A stretch of 64,000 nt of DNA, from IMG/VR virus record IMGVR_UViG_3300032116_000004, positions 251,779-315,778 of that record; one strand, given 5' to 3'. Under the pieces are notes generated by a model. That model saw only the letters and a program-made list of their open reading frames with translations. It was not told where the DNA came from and made no database searches. This document shows, piece by piece, positions 55,298 through 64,000 of this stretch; positions within the stretch are counted from its first letter, which is position 1; each line of letters begins with the position of its first letter. Position numbers and translations under genes: made by a program.

Positions 55298-57676
55298 ATG
55301 GACGAATCAGAAAAACTAATCAAGATGATGCAAGAGGCCATGGCGGAATTCCGCAAAAGCGGCAGCAACAGCGCCGAAACCATGGCCAAACTCAACAAGG
55401 CCATCAATACCAATACCAAAGCACAAGACGAGAATACCAAAGCACAAGACGAGCATACCCAGCAGACCATGAAAGCTGCCGAGGCCATGGAAAAGTTCAA
55501 AGACACCACTCGAGCAGTGTTGTCTGGGTTGGGATCAGCTGCGCAAGGTGCTAGAGACAATCGCGAAGATTTCCGTTCATTAAAACCAGCAGTGGGTGCC
55601 GCAGGCACTGCGCTCAAAAACATGACCGGTGGACTGGGCACTGCCATAGATGCCCTGGGCCAGGCCGTTTCGGGCATATCGTCATTTGGAATAATGCTGG
55701 GTCCCAAGGGTGCGATTGCCAGCATGATAGGCATGGGCCTTGGTTCAGTGACGTCAGTGATTGGCAAGGCTATCAAGGCACACGGTAAAGATGTAGTAGA
55801 CGCAGGCACTGCTTTCATGAACTTCTCGTTGGACGAAACCCAACGTGTGGTCGGAGCCTTCCAAGAACTCAGCAAGATTGGTGGTGTCACTGGCAACAGT
55901 TTCCAAGGACTGCAACAGGCTGCTCTGGAAACTGGGCTCAGCATGGATTCCTTTGCCCGCGTCATTGCCAAGAACAGCCGAGGTCTGGCCCTTGCAGGTG
56001 GATCGGTCACACAGGGCATGCGAGCAGTGGTGGACATCACCAAGGCCAGCAAAGGATTTGAAGACCAGTTTCTTAAGTTGGGAATTGGCTTTGAAGAACA
56101 GCGAGATCTCACAGCACAGTTCCTGAGTTATCAGCGCACCCAGACAGGAGTCAATCTCCGCGACACTCGCTCACTGGCTGATGCGTCTAAAGAATACATC
56201 TTGCAATTGGATCAACTGGCCAGACTCACAGGCATGAGCCGACAAGAAGTTGCGTCTCGGTTGGAACAACAAAATCGAGAGTTGAAATTTGGCGCTGTGT
56301 TGGCTGATGCTGGTAAACGTGGTAAATCATTTGCAGATGCGATCAGTGGTGCCGCAACAATGTTGGAAGCTAAAGGGTTGAAAACTATGGCCCAAGGTTT
56401 CAAAGACAGCTTTGACAATCTAGGCACTAAAGAAGCACAGTTGTTCTTCCAGGCCACTGGTGGTGCTGGACCAGAACTGGTCAATTTCTTGGAACGCACC
56501 GGCGATCTAGCCACGTTCATGGAACGACTAGGGCAAGCCACAGCCGCAACGTATGAAACCATGGGCGGTACCAAGCAGGAACGCATGGTGGGAGGCCTGG
56601 GCACATACTTTGATCCTGTATACGCCGAAATGCGCCTTGTGACCAATGGCATCCTTGGAACGGCAGAAGCTATAAATGCCGTGGGTAAAGAGCAAAAAGA
56701 TGCCAAGAACAATCAAAGTGACCTCACAAACACAGTGGTTGGCGCACAAAAATCGCTGAGAAATTTTGCAGTGGGCATAGACAGCGTGGTAGTGCAACAG
56801 TTTCCCAAGATGGCAGGTGCTGTGGGAATGTTTACCGATTCACTGGCCTCTGGTGCCAGCGCACTGGACAAAATATTAGGCACAGGTATCACCAGAGGTG
56901 CACCTCCCGGCTCCTACAGTCGCACCCAGGGAGCGGGGCCGCCTGGAACAGCAGGTGGTCCTCCTGGTAAACCACCCATGACAGGATCAGCTGGACTCAT
57001 GGGTGCTGCCGCAAAGAATCTCAATCCTGGCAATCTACGTTTTGCAGGCCAGGACAAAGCCACAGTGGGCACCGGCGGATTTGCCAAATTTGAAACTGTG
57101 GACGATGGTCTGGTAGCATTGGCCCGTCAGTTAGATCTTTACCTGACAGGTAAAAGCCGTAGTGGCAAAAGAGATACCATCTCCAGCATCATTTCGGCTT
57201 ACGCACCGCCCAATGAAAACGACACCAGATTGTATATCGAGCAAATGGCCCGCTTCATGGGCAAAGGTGCTGATGAAGTCCTGCCCAGAGATCCAGCCAC
57301 CATGGCCAAACTCATGGTAGGTATCATTGGCAAGGAAAGCATGGGCGGTCTGGAAAAAGGTTACAACATGCGCGGGGGCATACAGTTTGCTGTGGCCCAG
57401 GCGCTGGGCATAGAACCCAGCAAGGTAGGGAATTTCCAATATGGTGGCATAGCATCTGGTCCAAAGTCGGGATATGCGGCCATGCTACACGGCACAGAAG
57501 CAGTGGTTCCCCTGGCTGGCGGCAGATCCATACCGGTAGAGATGACTGGCATGACTGACACCATGGGCCAACAAGTGACCATGATGGGCGAGCAGTTGAG
57601 CCGATTTGATACCATGATTGGTCTGCTACAGAACAACGTGGACATATCTCGCAAGTTACTGTCAGCAACCCGCTGA
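55298..57676 (+). CDS. tape measure-like protein with a C-terminal lysozyme-like domain
   Basis: Ala/Gly-rich helical body; LARLTGMSR; NLNPGNLRF..GFAKFET..G..AL..YAPPNENDT; C-terminal GGIASGP.SGY.A.LHGTEAVVPL. Confidence 0.75.
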   Translation: MDESEKLIKMMQEAMAEFRKSGSNSAETMAKLNKAINTNTKAQDENTKAQDEHTQQTMKAAEAMEKFKDTTRAVLSGLGSAAQGARDNREDFRSLKPAVGAAGTALKNMTGGLGTAIDALGQAVSGISSFGIMLGPKGAIASMIGMGLGSVTSVIGKAIKAHGKDVVDAGTAFMNFSLDETQRVVGAFQELSKIGGVTGNSFQGLQQAALETGLSMDSFARVIAKNSRGLALAGGSVTQGMRAVVDITKASKGFEDQFLKLGIGFEEQRDLTAQFLSYQRTQTGVNLRDTRSLADASKEYILQLDQLARLTGMSRQEVASRLEQQNRELKFGAVLADAGKRGKSFADAISGAATMLEAKGLKTMAQGFKDSFDNLGTKEAQLFFQATGGAGPELVNFLERTGDLATFMERLGQATAATYETMGGTKQERMVGGLGTYFDPVYAEMRLVTNGILGTAEAINAVGKEQKDAKNNQSDLTNTVVGAQKSLRNFAVGIDSVVVQQFPKMAGAVGMFTDSLASGASALDKILGTGITRGAPPGSYSRTQGAGPPGTAGGPPGKPPMTGSAGLMGAAAKNLNPGNLRFAGQDKATVGTGGFAKFETVDDGLVALARQLDLYLTGKSRSGKRDTISSIISAYAPPNENDTRLYIEQMARFMGKGADEVLPRDPATMAKLMVGIIGKESMGGLEKGYNMRGGIQFAVAQALGIEPSKVGNFQYGGIASGPKSGYAAMLHGTEAVVPLAGGRSIPVEMTGMTDTMGQQVTMMGEQLSRFDTMIGLLQNNVDISRKLLSATR

Positions 57677-57682
57677 TAGCGG

Positions 57683-57688
57683 TAAATA
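57683..57688 (+). promoter_or_regulatory. late promoter (TAAATA-N7-ATG) for portal
   Basis: gtaaata-taacact-ATG. Confidence 0.6.
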
Positions 57689-57695
57689 TAACACT

Positions 57696-59477
57696 ATGTC
57701 ATGGAAAAAATATTTTAAAGTCGCTGATGTTTCAGGACAGTTCAGCCCAATTTCGGGGCAGGTTCCACGCGGTCCCAGTTATGGCACAGGCTACGGTGTA
57801 GACGACAAAGCCCATGCGGAATTTGCCTTCCGCAACTATGCCAGCAGACTGCCAGAGGTCTACACTGGCCATCCCAACAGGATGGAACGCTACAATCAAT
57901 ACGAGAACATGGATGGCGATTCGGAAATCAATGCCTGCCTTGACATCCTAGCCGAATTTTCCACACAGACCTGTGAGGCCAACGACACACCTTTTGAAAT
58001 AGGTTTCACAGAAACACCCACTGAGCACGAAGTAGACATCATCAAGAAACAGCTCCAGCAATGGACCAAACTCAACAAGTTTGACAATCGCATGTTCAAG
58101 ATGTTCCGCAATACTCTGAAGTATGGCGATCAAGTGTTTGTGCGTGATCCTGAAACCTTTGAACTCTACTGGGTGGATATGACCAAAGTGGCCCGTGTGA
58201 TCGTGAACGAAAGCGAAGGCAAGCGTCCTGAACAGTATGTGATCCGAGACATCAATCCCAATTTCCAATCCATGTCAGTGGCGGCCAAGACCACCAATGA
58301 CTACAACACACAGCCACCATCGGGTGGGTATTCAGCACCCTACAACTACACAGCACCCAATGCTCCTAACTCGTCAGGACAGAGTCGATTCCAGCGTTCT
58401 GTGAACGAAACCTGCATCGATGCCAAGCACGTGGTGCATCTCAGCCTGAGCGAAGGTTTGGACTACTATTGGCCATTTGGACAGTCAGTGCTGGAGATGA
58501 TATTCAAGGTATTCAAGCAAAAAGAATTGCTGGAAGATGCTATCCTGATCTATCGCATATCTCGTGCGCCAGAACGCAGGATATTCAAAATTGATGTGGG
58601 CAACATGCCCAGCCATTTGGCCATGCAGTTCGTGGAACGTGTGAAAAATGAAATCCATCAGCGACGTATTCCGTCTAATACAGGTGGTCGTGAAAATATC
58701 ATGGATACCACATACAATCCGCTGTCAATCAACGAAGACTACTTCTTTCCGGTCACAGCCGAAGGTCGTGGCTCGGATGTTACTACCCTGCAAGGCGGAC
58801 AGAATCTAGGCGAGATCGACGACTTAAAATATTTCAACAACAAGATGTGCCGCGGTCTGCGTGTGCCGTCATCATATCTACCCACTGGGCCAGATGATTC
58901 TGATCGCCCTATGAATGACGGGCGTGTGGGCACTGCGCTGATACAGGAATATCGTTTCAATCAATACTGCGAGCGTATGCAACGTCAGATCGTGCAGAAA
59001 CTGGATGACGAGTTCAAGATGTTCCTGCGCTGGAGAGGTTTCAACATTGACTCTGGCCTGTTCAATATCAAGTTTGCACCGCCACAGAATTTTGCCAGTT
59101 ATCGCCAGGCTGAACTGGACACCACACGGATGACAGCGTTCAGCGGGCTAGAACAGTTGCCCTATTTGAGCAAGAGATTCCTGATGAAACGCTATCTTGG
59201 ACTGTCTGAAGAAGAGATTGCAGACAACGAAAAACTATGGAAAGAAGAGCGAGATCAACCCGAACTGAGCACGCAAGGTGGTCAAGATCTGCGTTCAGTA
59301 GGCATCAGCCCTGCTGATATCGAAGCAGACATCACAGCTGGTGAAGAGATCGCAGGTGCCGCAGGTGCACCCGAAGGTGCTGTGGCACCCATGGCTCCAG
59401 GCATGGCCGGTGCTCCTGGCGCTGCCGCAGCTGGCGCAGGACCTGCCGGTGGTGCCGCTCCTGTGCCCACTATCTAA
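57696..59477 (+). CDS. gp20: portal vertex protein, T4 gp20-like
   Basis: LEDAILIYRISRAPERRIFKIDVGNMP; EDYFFP; LGEIDDLKYF..GLRVPSS; start revised to MSWKKYF. Confidence 0.95.
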   Translation: MSWKKYFKVADVSGQFSPISGQVPRGPSYGTGYGVDDKAHAEFAFRNYASRLPEVYTGHPNRMERYNQYENMDGDSEINACLDILAEFSTQTCEANDTPFEIGFTETPTEHEVDIIKKQLQQWTKLNKFDNRMFKMFRNTLKYGDQVFVRDPETFELYWVDMTKVARVIVNESEGKRPEQYVIRDINPNFQSMSVAAKTTNDYNTQPPSGGYSAPYNYTAPNAPNSSGQSRFQRSVNETCIDAKHVVHLSLSEGLDYYWPFGQSVLEMIFKVFKQKELLEDAILIYRISRAPERRIFKIDVGNMPSHLAMQFVERVKNEIHQRRIPSNTGGRENIMDTTYNPLSINEDYFFPVTAEGRGSDVTTLQGGQNLGEIDDLKYFNNKMCRGLRVPSSYLPTGPDDSDRPMNDGRVGTALIQEYRFNQYCERMQRQIVQKLDDEFKMFLRWRGFNIDSGLFNIKFAPPQNFASYRQAELDTTRMTAFSGLEQLPYLSKRFLMKRYLGLSEEEIADNEKLWKEERDQPELSTQGGQDLRSVGISPADIEADITAGEEIAGAAGAPEGAVAPMAPGMAGAPGAAAAGAGPAGGAAPVPTI

Positions 59478-59483
59478 TAAATA
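59478..59483 (+). promoter_or_regulatory. late promoter (TAAATA-N5-ATG)
   Basis: ataaata-ctgcc-ATG. Confidence 0.6.
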
Positions 59484-59488
59484 CTGCC

Positions 59489-59707
59489 ATGAACCTCTTT
59501 GAATTTTTCCACAAAGATCCTGCTGGTTACCAAGATCTTGCTGATGACAACAGCCAACCTCAGTTGGGCAAACTGCGCAAGACCAAACTCACGCTCAAGC
59601 AGATCAACAAACTGCGTCGCATGAACGATGTGCGGTCATACGAATACAAAGAAAAACTCCGAGATATCCGCAAGCAATATCAGCCTCCGGCCGCTCCGGC
59701 CCTGTAG
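59489..59707 (+). CDS. small basic head-module protein
   Basis: 72 aa between portal and core genes; RKTKLTLKQINKLRRM. Confidence 0.75.
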   Translation: MNLFEFFHKDPAGYQDLADDNSQPQLGKLRKTKLTLKQINKLRRMNDVRSYEYKEKLRDIRKQYQPPAAPAL

Positions 59708-59784
59708 AACCGGTCTTATCTCGGTTTCACAGTCATTTTCTACCACTTTTACCCCATAAACCGCATAGATTTAGGTGTGTGTCG

Positions 59785-59790
59785 TAAATA
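59785..59790 (+). promoter_or_regulatory. late promoter for the core/protease/scaffold/capsid genes
   Basis: gtaaata, followed by a GGAGG SD before ATG 59822. Confidence 0.65.
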
Positions 59791-59821
59791 TCACACAGAG
59801 CCATAACATTGGAGGAACCTC

Positions 59822-60685
59822 ATGAACAAATTTGAACAGCTCATTGAATTCGTTATCAATGACGAAGAGCAGAAAGCCCGCGATCTTTTCCATGAGATCG
59901 TAGTAGAAAAAAGCCGTGCCATCTATGAAGACTTGATGGCCGAAGAAGAAATTGAAGAAGCCAAAGACGAAGAAGAACTCGACGAAGCCAAGGACAAAGA
60001 CGAAGAAGAACTCGACGAAGCCAAGGACGAAATGGAAGAGTCTGATTCTTTGGAAGAAGACAGCGATGACGCCATGGGCCGTATGGATCAATACGATGAA
60101 ACCATGGGCGGTGATCAAGCAGATCAACTGATCGACGAAATCGAAGTGGAAGAAGAAGGTCTTTCCATGGAAGGTGAAGGCGAAGAAGAGGCTGCTGATG
60201 ATCTAGAAGATCGCGTTGTAGATCTCGAAGACAAACTAGATGAACTCATGGCCGAATTTGAAGCCCTCATGGGCGACGAAGGTGCCAACGGCGACATGGA
60301 AGTTGACATGGATGCAGAAGTTGGCGGCGGTGATGAGATTGAAATGGACAGCGAAGCAGAAGCTGACATGGACGTAGAAGATGAGACCATGGAAGGTCTT
60401 GAAGAAGCCATCAACTTGAAGGCTGCTCCTGCTCCTGTGAAATCAGAAGATGCTGGTATCAACAAAAAATCCACTGTTGCAGCTAACAGCGGAGCCAAAG
60501 GTATGGATGGTAAGCCTGTGATGAGCACTGGTGCAGACGAAAAAGGTCGCCCAGCACCCACAGCCAAGGACATCATGAGTGGCGAAGTGCAAAACGCACC
60601 TGCGAAGAGCACAGTCAAACAAAGTCCTGCTACCAAGCCACATCTAGCACAGGCCACTGGTGTAAACACCAAGAGCCCTTACTAA
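59822..60685 (+). CDS. highly acidic prohead core protein (gp67/gp68-like position)
   Basis: Extreme D/E content; lies between portal and protease. Confidence 0.7.
   Translation: MNKFEQLIEFVINDEEQKARDLFHEIVVEKSRAIYEDLMAEEEIEEAKDEEELDEAKDKDEEELDEAKDEMEESDSLEEDSDDAMGRMDQYDETMGGDQADQLIDEIEVEEEGLSMEGEGEEEAADDLEDRVVDLEDKLDELMAEFEALMGDEGANGDMEVDMDAEVGGGDEIEMDSEAEADMDVEDETMEGLEEAINLKAAPAPVKSEDAGINKKSTVAANSGAKGMDGKPVMSTGADEKGRPAPTAKDIMSGEVQNAPAKSTVKQSPATKPHLAQATGVNTKSPY
59942..60030 (+). repeat. short coding tandem repeat (EEE[IL][ED]EAKD x3)
   Basis: gacgaagaagaactcgacgaagccaaggac twice, plus a degenerate first copy. Confidence 0.8.
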
Positions 60686-60703
60686 TAGGTTAAGTTCAGA
60701 GTT

Positions 60704-61327
60704 ATGGCTCGATACCTCAGAGAACACCTTACTTTTGATGCCGCACGCATAGTGCTTGAAGGCGTCGAAGGTAAGGACCTTTACATGAAAGGTATCTGCA
60801 TCCAGGGTGGTGTGAAAAATGCCAACGAGCGTGTGTATCCTGTAAACGAAATTGAAAAAGCAGTAAAGCAAATCAATGAGCAAATACAGGGTGGATATTC
60901 TGTGTTGGGCGAAGTTGATCACCCCGATGACCTTAAAATTAACCTAGATCGTTGCAGTCATATCATGACAGAAATGTGGATGGATGGCCCCAACGGATTT
61001 GGTAAGTTAAAAATTCTCCCAACGCCAATGGGCAATTTGGTGCGCACCATGCTTGAGTCAGGTGTGAAATTAGGAGTTTCAAGCCGCGGTAGCGGAAACG
61101 TTAACGAGGCCAATGGACATGTCAGTGATTTTGAAATTGTCACTGTCGATGTTGTCGCCCAACCCAGTGCGCCCAACGCATATCCCACAGCTGTCTACGA
61201 AGGACTCATGAACATGAAATATGGTCATCGAGTGCTAGAGATGGCCAAAGATGCTGGCGGAGACGACAAGGTACAGAGATACTTGAAGAGCGAGATTTCT
61301 CGTTTGATCAAAGATCTCAAGATTTAG
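60704..61327 (+). CDS. gp21: prohead protease, T4 gp21-like
   Basis: KNANERVYP, LGEVDHP, PTPMG, GVSSRGSG, DVVAQPSAPNAYP. Confidence 0.95.
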   Translation: MARYLREHLTFDAARIVLEGVEGKDLYMKGICIQGGVKNANERVYPVNEIEKAVKQINEQIQGGYSVLGEVDHPDDLKINLDRCSHIMTEMWMDGPNGFGKLKILPTPMGNLVRTMLESGVKLGVSSRGSGNVNEANGHVSDFEIVTVDVVAQPSAPNAYPTAVYEGLMNMKYGHRVLEMAKDAGGDDKVQRYLKSEISRLIKDLKI

Positions 61328-61336
61328 GAGAAACGC

Positions 61337-62437
61337 ATGCTAGATGCCATCAAACCGTTACTAGATAGCGACCTAATCAACGAGGAAACTCGCACAGCAA
61401 TCTCGGAACAATGGGAATCAAAGCTGAGCGAGGCTCGTGAAGAGGTGCGTGCAGAACTCAGAGAAGAGTTTGCACAACGCTATGAGCATGACAAACAAGT
61501 GATGGTGGAAGCCCTAGATCGCATGGTAACAGATGGTCTTGCCGCAGAGATCCAAGCAGTGGCAGCTGAAAAGCAGTCATTGGCCGAAGATCGTGTCAAG
61601 TTCCAAGTCAAGATGAAGGAATCAGCAACGAAGTTTAACGACTTCATGGTTTCTAAACTTGCCGAAGAAATTGGCGAACTGCGCAAAGATCGCAAAACAC
61701 ACAATGAATCAATCCAGAAATTGGAAAGTTTTGTTGTGAAAGCTCTTGCCCAAGAGATTACAGAATTCGCACAAGACAAGAAGGACGCGGTGGAAACCAA
61801 AGTTCGTCTAGTCCGCGAAGCACGTAAGCAATTGGAAGCATTGAAATCACGTTTCGTGAAAGAAAGTGCTACCAAGATGAGCCAGAGTGTTGCCAAGCAT
61901 TTGAAGGCTGAACTTAGCCAGTTACATGAAGACATCAAAGTTGCTCGCGAGAACAATTTTGGTCGTCGTATTTTTGAAGCATACGCCGCAGAATTTGGTG
62001 CCACTCATCTCAATGAGAACGCTGAAATCCGCAAACTGCGTGATACAATCGCTTCAAAAGATCAGAAATTGGCCGAAGCCATCCAACTCACCGAGAAAGC
62101 AAAAGTTCTCGTTGAAAACAAGGAACGCGAGATTCGCGTGATCAAGGAATCCAATGAACGTGCAAACGCCATGGAAGAATTGCTTGCTCCTCTCAATGAA
62201 GAGAAGCGAGAAGTCATGAAGAATCTGCTCGAAAACGTCCAAACGACCCGTCTCAAGGGCGCTTTCGAAAAATATCTACCAGCTGTGTTAGCTGACAATC
62301 GTCCTGCGAAAGCCCGTAAAGTGATCGCAGAGAGTGTTAGTGAAGTAACTGGTGATAAATCTGCAAAGGTTGTAGCGGAAGAAGACACTGCTTCTAAGAG
62401 CAATGTGATCGACCTCAAACGCCTAGCAGGGCTTTAA
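61337..62437 (+). CDS. gp22: prohead scaffold protein, T4 gp22-like
   Basis: Coiled-coil E/K-rich protein between protease and capsid genes; FGRRIFEAY. Confidence 0.85.
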   Translation: MLDAIKPLLDSDLINEETRTAISEQWESKLSEAREEVRAELREEFAQRYEHDKQVMVEALDRMVTDGLAAEIQAVAAEKQSLAEDRVKFQVKMKESATKFNDFMVSKLAEEIGELRKDRKTHNESIQKLESFVVKALAQEITEFAQDKKDAVETKVRLVREARKQLEALKSRFVKESATKMSQSVAKHLKAELSQLHEDIKVARENNFGRRIFEAYAAEFGATHLNENAEIRKLRDTIASKDQKLAEAIQLTEKAKVLVENKEREIRVIKESNERANAMEELLAPLNEEKREVMKNLLENVQTTRLKGAFEKYLPAVLADNRPAKARKVIAESVSEVTGDKSAKVVAEEDTASKSNVIDLKRLAGL

Positions 62438-62463
62438 TTCTTAGGAAGGAAGAAGGAGACATT

Positions 62464-63660
62464 ATGTCACAAGAACTATTAGAAAGCCGTTGGGACGAGA
62501 CCAAAGAAGCCCTCATGGAAGGTTTGAATGGTGCTCGCCGCAACACAATGGGTGTGATCCTCGAAAACACCCGCAAGTATTTGAAAGAGAACGCAAGTGC
62601 TGGTTCCACAGTATCTGGTAACATCGCTACATTAAACCGTGTGATTCTGCCAGTTATCCGACGTGTCATGCCAACTGTTATCGCTAACGAGTTGGTTGGT
62701 GTTCAGCCAATGACAGGTCCTGTAGGCCAGATCCACACTCTGCGTGTGCGTTATGCTCAGTCATTGACTGACAATTCAGCTGCTCAGACATCCGTCACAG
62801 CAGGTGAAGAAGCACTCAGCCCATTCAAGATCGCTCAGGCTTACTCCACAGTGCCACAAAACGAAGGTACAGCCACCACTTATACTGGTGCCGCTACTGC
62901 TACCCTCGAAGGCAACGGTGGTAAGCAAATTTCTGTGCAAATCCTGAAGCAGGCTGTTGAAGCTAAAACACGCAAATTGCAAGCACGTTGGACATTTGAA
63001 GCTGCACAAGATGCACAAGCCATGCATGGCATTGACATCGAAGCAGAAATCATGGCAGCTCTAGCGCAAGAAATTACCGCTGAAATTGATCAGGAGATCC
63101 TCCTGTCACTCCGCACTCTTGCATCAACAGAGTTTACATACAACCAGGCTACTGTATCAGGCACAGCCACATTCGTTGGTGACGAACATGCCGCATTGGC
63201 AGTTTTGATCAACCGTGTTGCTAACTTGATCGCTCAGCGCACACGCCGTGGCGCTGGTAACTGGGCTGTTGTATCGCCTGCTTCATTGACTGTTCTTCAG
63301 TCTGCAACAACATCAGCTTTTGCCCGCACCACAGAAGGCACATTCGAAGCACCCACAAACACCAAGTTTGTTGGTACATTGAACGGCGCTATGCGTGTGT
63401 TCTGCGACTCTTATGCCGCAGATACAACACCTGTGTTGGTTGGTTACAAAGGCGCAAGCGAAACAGATGCAGCCGCGTTCTACTGCCCATACATCCCATT
63501 GATGTCAAGCGGTGTCGTGCTGGATCCAAGCACATTCGAACCAGTCGTATCATTCATGACACGTTACGGCTATATCGAACTCACAAACACAGCATCTTCG
63601 TTCGGTAACGCCGGCGACTATGTTGGTGAGATTGCTGTTTCCAACTTGTCATTCTCCTAA
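62464..63660 (+). CDS. gp23: major capsid protein, T4 gp23-like
   Basis: RRVMPTVIANELVGVQPMTGPVGQI; AKTRKLQARWTFE.AQD; TRRGAGN; FYCPYIPL; TRYG. Confidence 0.97.
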   Translation: MSQELLESRWDETKEALMEGLNGARRNTMGVILENTRKYLKENASAGSTVSGNIATLNRVILPVIRRVMPTVIANELVGVQPMTGPVGQIHTLRVRYAQSLTDNSAAQTSVTAGEEALSPFKIAQAYSTVPQNEGTATTYTGAATATLEGNGGKQISVQILKQAVEAKTRKLQARWTFEAAQDAQAMHGIDIEAEIMAALAQEITAEIDQEILLSLRTLASTEFTYNQATVSGTATFVGDEHAALAVLINRVANLIAQRTRRGAGNWAVVSPASLTVLQSATTSAFARTTEGTFEAPTNTKFVGTLNGAMRVFCDSYAADTTPVLVGYKGASETDAAAFYCPYIPLMSSGVVLDPSTFEPVVSFMTRYGYIELTNTASSFGNAGDYVGEIAVSNLSFS

Positions 63661-63683
63661 TCCGTTACGGAAAAGGAAAAAAC

Positions 63684-63708
63684 AAAAACCCGCTTCGGCG
63701 GGTTTTTT
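63684..63708 (+). terminator. intrinsic terminator after the capsid gene
   Basis: AAAAACCCGC-TTCG-GCGGGTTTTTT. Confidence 0.92.
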
Positions 63709-63714
63709 GTTGGC

Positions 63715-63722
63715 TATAAATA
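63715..63722 (+). promoter_or_regulatory. T4-consensus late promoter
   Basis: TATAAATA-ttgtc-ATG. Confidence 0.7.
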
Positions 63723-63727
63723 TTGTC

Positions 63728-63865
63728 ATGATTGGCAAAGTAAACATTGGGTTGGGCACACCGGCCATCCGACCACAAGCACCCATAGGTGTTGCTATTG
63801 GTTATGTTGTGATCAAACCTTTGCCCCCACCAGCCAATCATAGTCTGATAGTAAAAACACCATAA
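63728..63865 (+). CDS. 45-aa Pro-rich hypothetical peptide
   Basis: ATG 5 nt after TATAAATA; MIGKVNIGLGTPAIRPQAP...KTP. Confidence 0.5.
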   Translation: MIGKVNIGLGTPAIRPQAPIGVAIGYVVIKPLPPPANHSLIVKTP

Positions 63866-63873
63866 GTATTGCG

Positions 63874-64000
63874 ATGCAAGATCTGCATTGGCGCTACAAC
63901 TTCAACACTGATCAGTTTGATTTTGTTGAAAACAATCCTCACCAGCACTATGAACCGTTGTTGAAACAGGTCCATCGTCCAACCCTGGTCATTGACTGCA
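63874..64000 (+). CDS. hypothetical protein, truncated at the right edge
   Basis: TAAGTA-N5-ATG; MQDLHWRYNFNTDQFDF... open to the window end. Confidence 0.55.
   Translation, partial: MQDLHWRYNFNTDQFDFVENNPHQHYEPLLKQVHRPTLVIDC

Noticed and set aside
55252-56112. N-terminal half of the 569-aa ORF 54403..56112
   Set aside because: It is the antisense shadow of the tape measure gene; the gp26-like sequence starts at ATG 55251 behind its own promoter.
59340-59470. GC-rich repetitive stretch at the end of the portal gene
   Set aside because: It is explained by an Ala/Gly/Pro low-complexity protein tail, not a DNA element.
1-64000. Alternative genetic code, introns or inteins in core genes
   Set aside because: The standard code gives full-length tightly packed genes ending in all three stops; portal, gp46, gp47, protease and capsid show no large insertions.

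Overview
A 64-kb segment of a large T4-like (myovirus) bacteriophage genome, almost fully coding. (1) 1-15.7 kb, minus strand: a tightly overlapping operon of five N-terminal-twitch radical SAM enzymes (the leftmost is truncated and missed by the ORF track), three GT10-like and three GT-A-like putative glycosyltransferases, and a nucleotide-sugar cassette that looks like GDP-6-deoxyheptose synthesis (DmhA-like dehydratase, HddA-like kinase, Fcl-like reductase, cupin). (2) 15.7-44.7 kb, minus strand: tail fibre and baseplate genes, including a 4835-aa protein and gp6, gp25, gp5, gp53 and gp48/54-like genes. (3) 44.7-52.5 kb, plus strand: gp55 late sigma factor, gp47 and gp46, each followed by a radical SAM gene, then a minimal GIY-YIG nuclease. 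(4) About 430 bp of densely structured non-coding sequence. (5) A minus-strand operon of gp26/gp51-like tail chaperones, apparently joined by a -1 frameshift, followed by a DUF1415-like/ATE-like/DUF6614-like trio. (6) Plus strand: tape measure, portal, core/scaffold, prohead protease and major capsid. Top leads are the structured ncRNA next to the GIY-YIG gene, the gp26/gp51 frameshift, the heptose-glycosylation plus radical SAM system, the tRNA-dependent transferase-like cassette, and recurrent leaderless late promoters (TAAATA-N5-ATG). All family assignments come from motif recognition, not database searches.
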